From the human T2T-CHM13v2.0 reference genome, Homo sapiens: a stretch of 64,000 bases of DNA. Below the pieces are notes generated by a model. It was not told the DNA's origin and made no database searches. It saw only the letters and a list, made by a program, of their open reading frames with translations. Positions 62,450 through 64,000 of this stretch are shown here, piece by piece. The stretch's first letter is position 1. Every line of letters begins with the position of its first letter. The position numbers and the translations under genes were made by a program. The stretch lies in assembly GCA_009914755.4 (NCBI GenBank), contig CP086569.2, forward strand, positions 544,001-608,000, written 5' to 3'.

Positions 62450-62960
62450 TAATTTTTATTTAATATATTTAATATAAATATTAAATAAATAAATTTACTA
62501 AATATAAATGTTAAACAAATGTTTATTCATTAATATAAATATTACACAAATATTTATTTAATATTTATCTTAATGAATTAATTTACATAAATTTATTCAT
62601 TTATATCTTACACAAATATTTAATATTTTTATTAAGGAATTAAATTTATTAATTATATATTACACAAATATTTAATATTTATATGAAGGGATAAATTTAA
62701 ATAAATTTATTCATTTATATATTACACAAATATTTAATATTTATATGAAGAATAAATTTAAATAAATTTATTCGTTAATATATATTACACAAATATTTAA
62801 TATTTATATGAAGGAATAAATTTAAATAAATTTATTCATTAATATATATTACACTAATATTTAATATTTATATGAAGGAATAACTTTATTTAAATAAATT
62901 TATTCCTTCATATAAATATTAAATAAAAGTATACAATAAATAAATTTATATTAAAATATA
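62450..62960. repeat. AT-rich tandem repeat (~63-70-bp unit x about 6) ending in a ~60-bp near-perfect palindrome
   Basis: Unit ...attacacaaatatttaatatttatatgaagg(a/g)ataaatttaaataaatttattcatt... at 62651, 62714, 62786 and 62850; palindrome aatatttatatgaaggaataactttatttaaataaatttattccttcatataaatatt at 62861-62920. Confidence 0.85.
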
Positions 62961-63791
62961 TTTTTTAAAATCCTGTTACCAAATATATGTATTTGGATAT
63001 AGCAGAAGCACGTGAAAGAGGAAAATGACCATCACAGCAGCATTCTTGGAATTATCTACTAAGGTAAAGGAGCCCCTTGGGGCAGGTGGTGATCGCTAAT
63101 CGAGGATCCCCTTGGAGAGCTGGTTGGTTTTGACTTGGTGGTCCTCTCTCCTGTTGGTTTCCGGGGAGTGGTCAACACATGGGCAGACAAGGTATATAGC
63201 TCTTTTTGGGGTCTATGGAGAATCAGAGCCCCTCCATGAACCCAGCTAAAGAGGCAACACATGCTTAATTCCATTCCACACTCAGGGAAGTCAACTCTAA
63301 CAACGCAGAAGAAAGATGAGAAGGACAAAAATGTCCATTCGGTTTGAGAGATGAACTCCCACATCTGTGGGCAGAAGGCCAAAGTTAGCCCCAAAGGCAC
63401 ACCCCGTCCACTCCAGGTGCTGTGTGTGTGTGGGCGTTAGCCTTCCAGGGACTTCACGGCCAAGAAGACAATTGCCCCACGGAGCTGGGACGACCCTCTT
63501 TTCTGAGCCATTTCAGAATGCCAGCCAGGGAATTCCTATTGAGCAGGTGCAAAAGTACGGAGGACAGATAGAATAGAATTTAGACCCAGGCTGGGTGCAG
63601 GGGTTCATGTCTGCAGTCCCAGCACTTTGGAAGGGTGAGGCAGGTGCATTGCTTGCATCCAGCCTGAGTGATACACAAAGACCCCAACTCTACACTTGTA
63701 TAGACATTTACAATCTACAGTTGGGAGTATAGACATTTAGTACAGACAGAATGTCTGTCCAGGCCTAAATTCTATTCTTTTTTCCTCTTTT

Positions 63792-63975
63792 TTTTTTTTG
63801 AGGCAGGGCCTCACTGTGTCACTCTGGCTGGACTGCTGTGTTACAACCTCGGCTCACTGCAACCTCTGCCTCCTGGGCTCAGGCGATCCTCTTGCCTCAG
63901 CCTCCCAAGTAGCAGGGATTACAGGTGCGTGAACCACCATGCCCGGCTAAGTTTTGTATTTTTGGGAGAGTTCGA
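63792..63975 (-). mobile_element. Alu fragment (minus)
   Basis: Poly-T at 63792-63802; gaggcagggcctcactgtgtcactctggctggactgctgtgttacaacctcggctcactgcaacctctgcctcctgggctcagg...ggattacaggtgcgtgaaccaccatgcccggc. Confidence 0.8.
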
Positions 63976-64000
63976 TCTGTCTCGTTTTCGTCTCTTCCTT

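Overview
This window is primate nuclear DNA, almost certainly human or another hominid, and not prokaryotic or phage sequence. Alu elements occupy roughly one third of it (more than 60 copies in both orientations). It also carries several old and young L1 3' fragments, MaLR (THE1/MST/MLT-type) LTR fragments and one hAT DNA transposon, all recognisable by eye. No operon-like, CRISPR, rRNA or tRNA features are present. None of the long ORFs in the supplied track is a defensible gene: nearly all are read-through translations of tandem repeats, Alu or low-complexity tracts. The region is gene-poor and unusually dense in large tandem-repeat arrays. These are a ~4.1 kb array of a 42/43-bp unit (32.8-36.9 kb), a ~1.9 kb array of a 104-bp unit (39.8-41.6 kb), a ~2.35 kb array of a 27-bp unit (48.2-50.6 kb) and a ~2.7 kb array of a 50-bp unit (52.8-55.5 kb). 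There are also long polypurine/polypyrimidine tracts, GATA and AT-rich satellite-like blocks, and many small local tandem duplications mediated by Alu-Alu recombination. This architecture is typical of subtelomeric or otherwise VNTR-rich, recombination-active human DNA. The most gene-like signal is at 39.30-39.73 kb. It has a canonical TATA box, an ATG in good Kozak context, a GT donor, a strong polypyrimidine-AG acceptor and a GTGAGT donor, and it sits immediately upstream of the 104-bp VNTR. The VNTR unit is visibly derived from that exon/donor junction. Several unique islands have retained CpG dinucleotides (observed/expected about 0.5-1.0 by rough count, against the usual ~0.2). These are at 2.76-3.48, 6.43-6.96, 15.5-16.0, 22.4-22.75, 24.72-25.17 and 45.3-46.35 kb, and several carry clusters of TAAT/homeodomain-type motifs. 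They are candidate conserved, germline-hypomethylated regulatory elements. All coordinates are approximate (about 10-20 bp) because they were read by eye.
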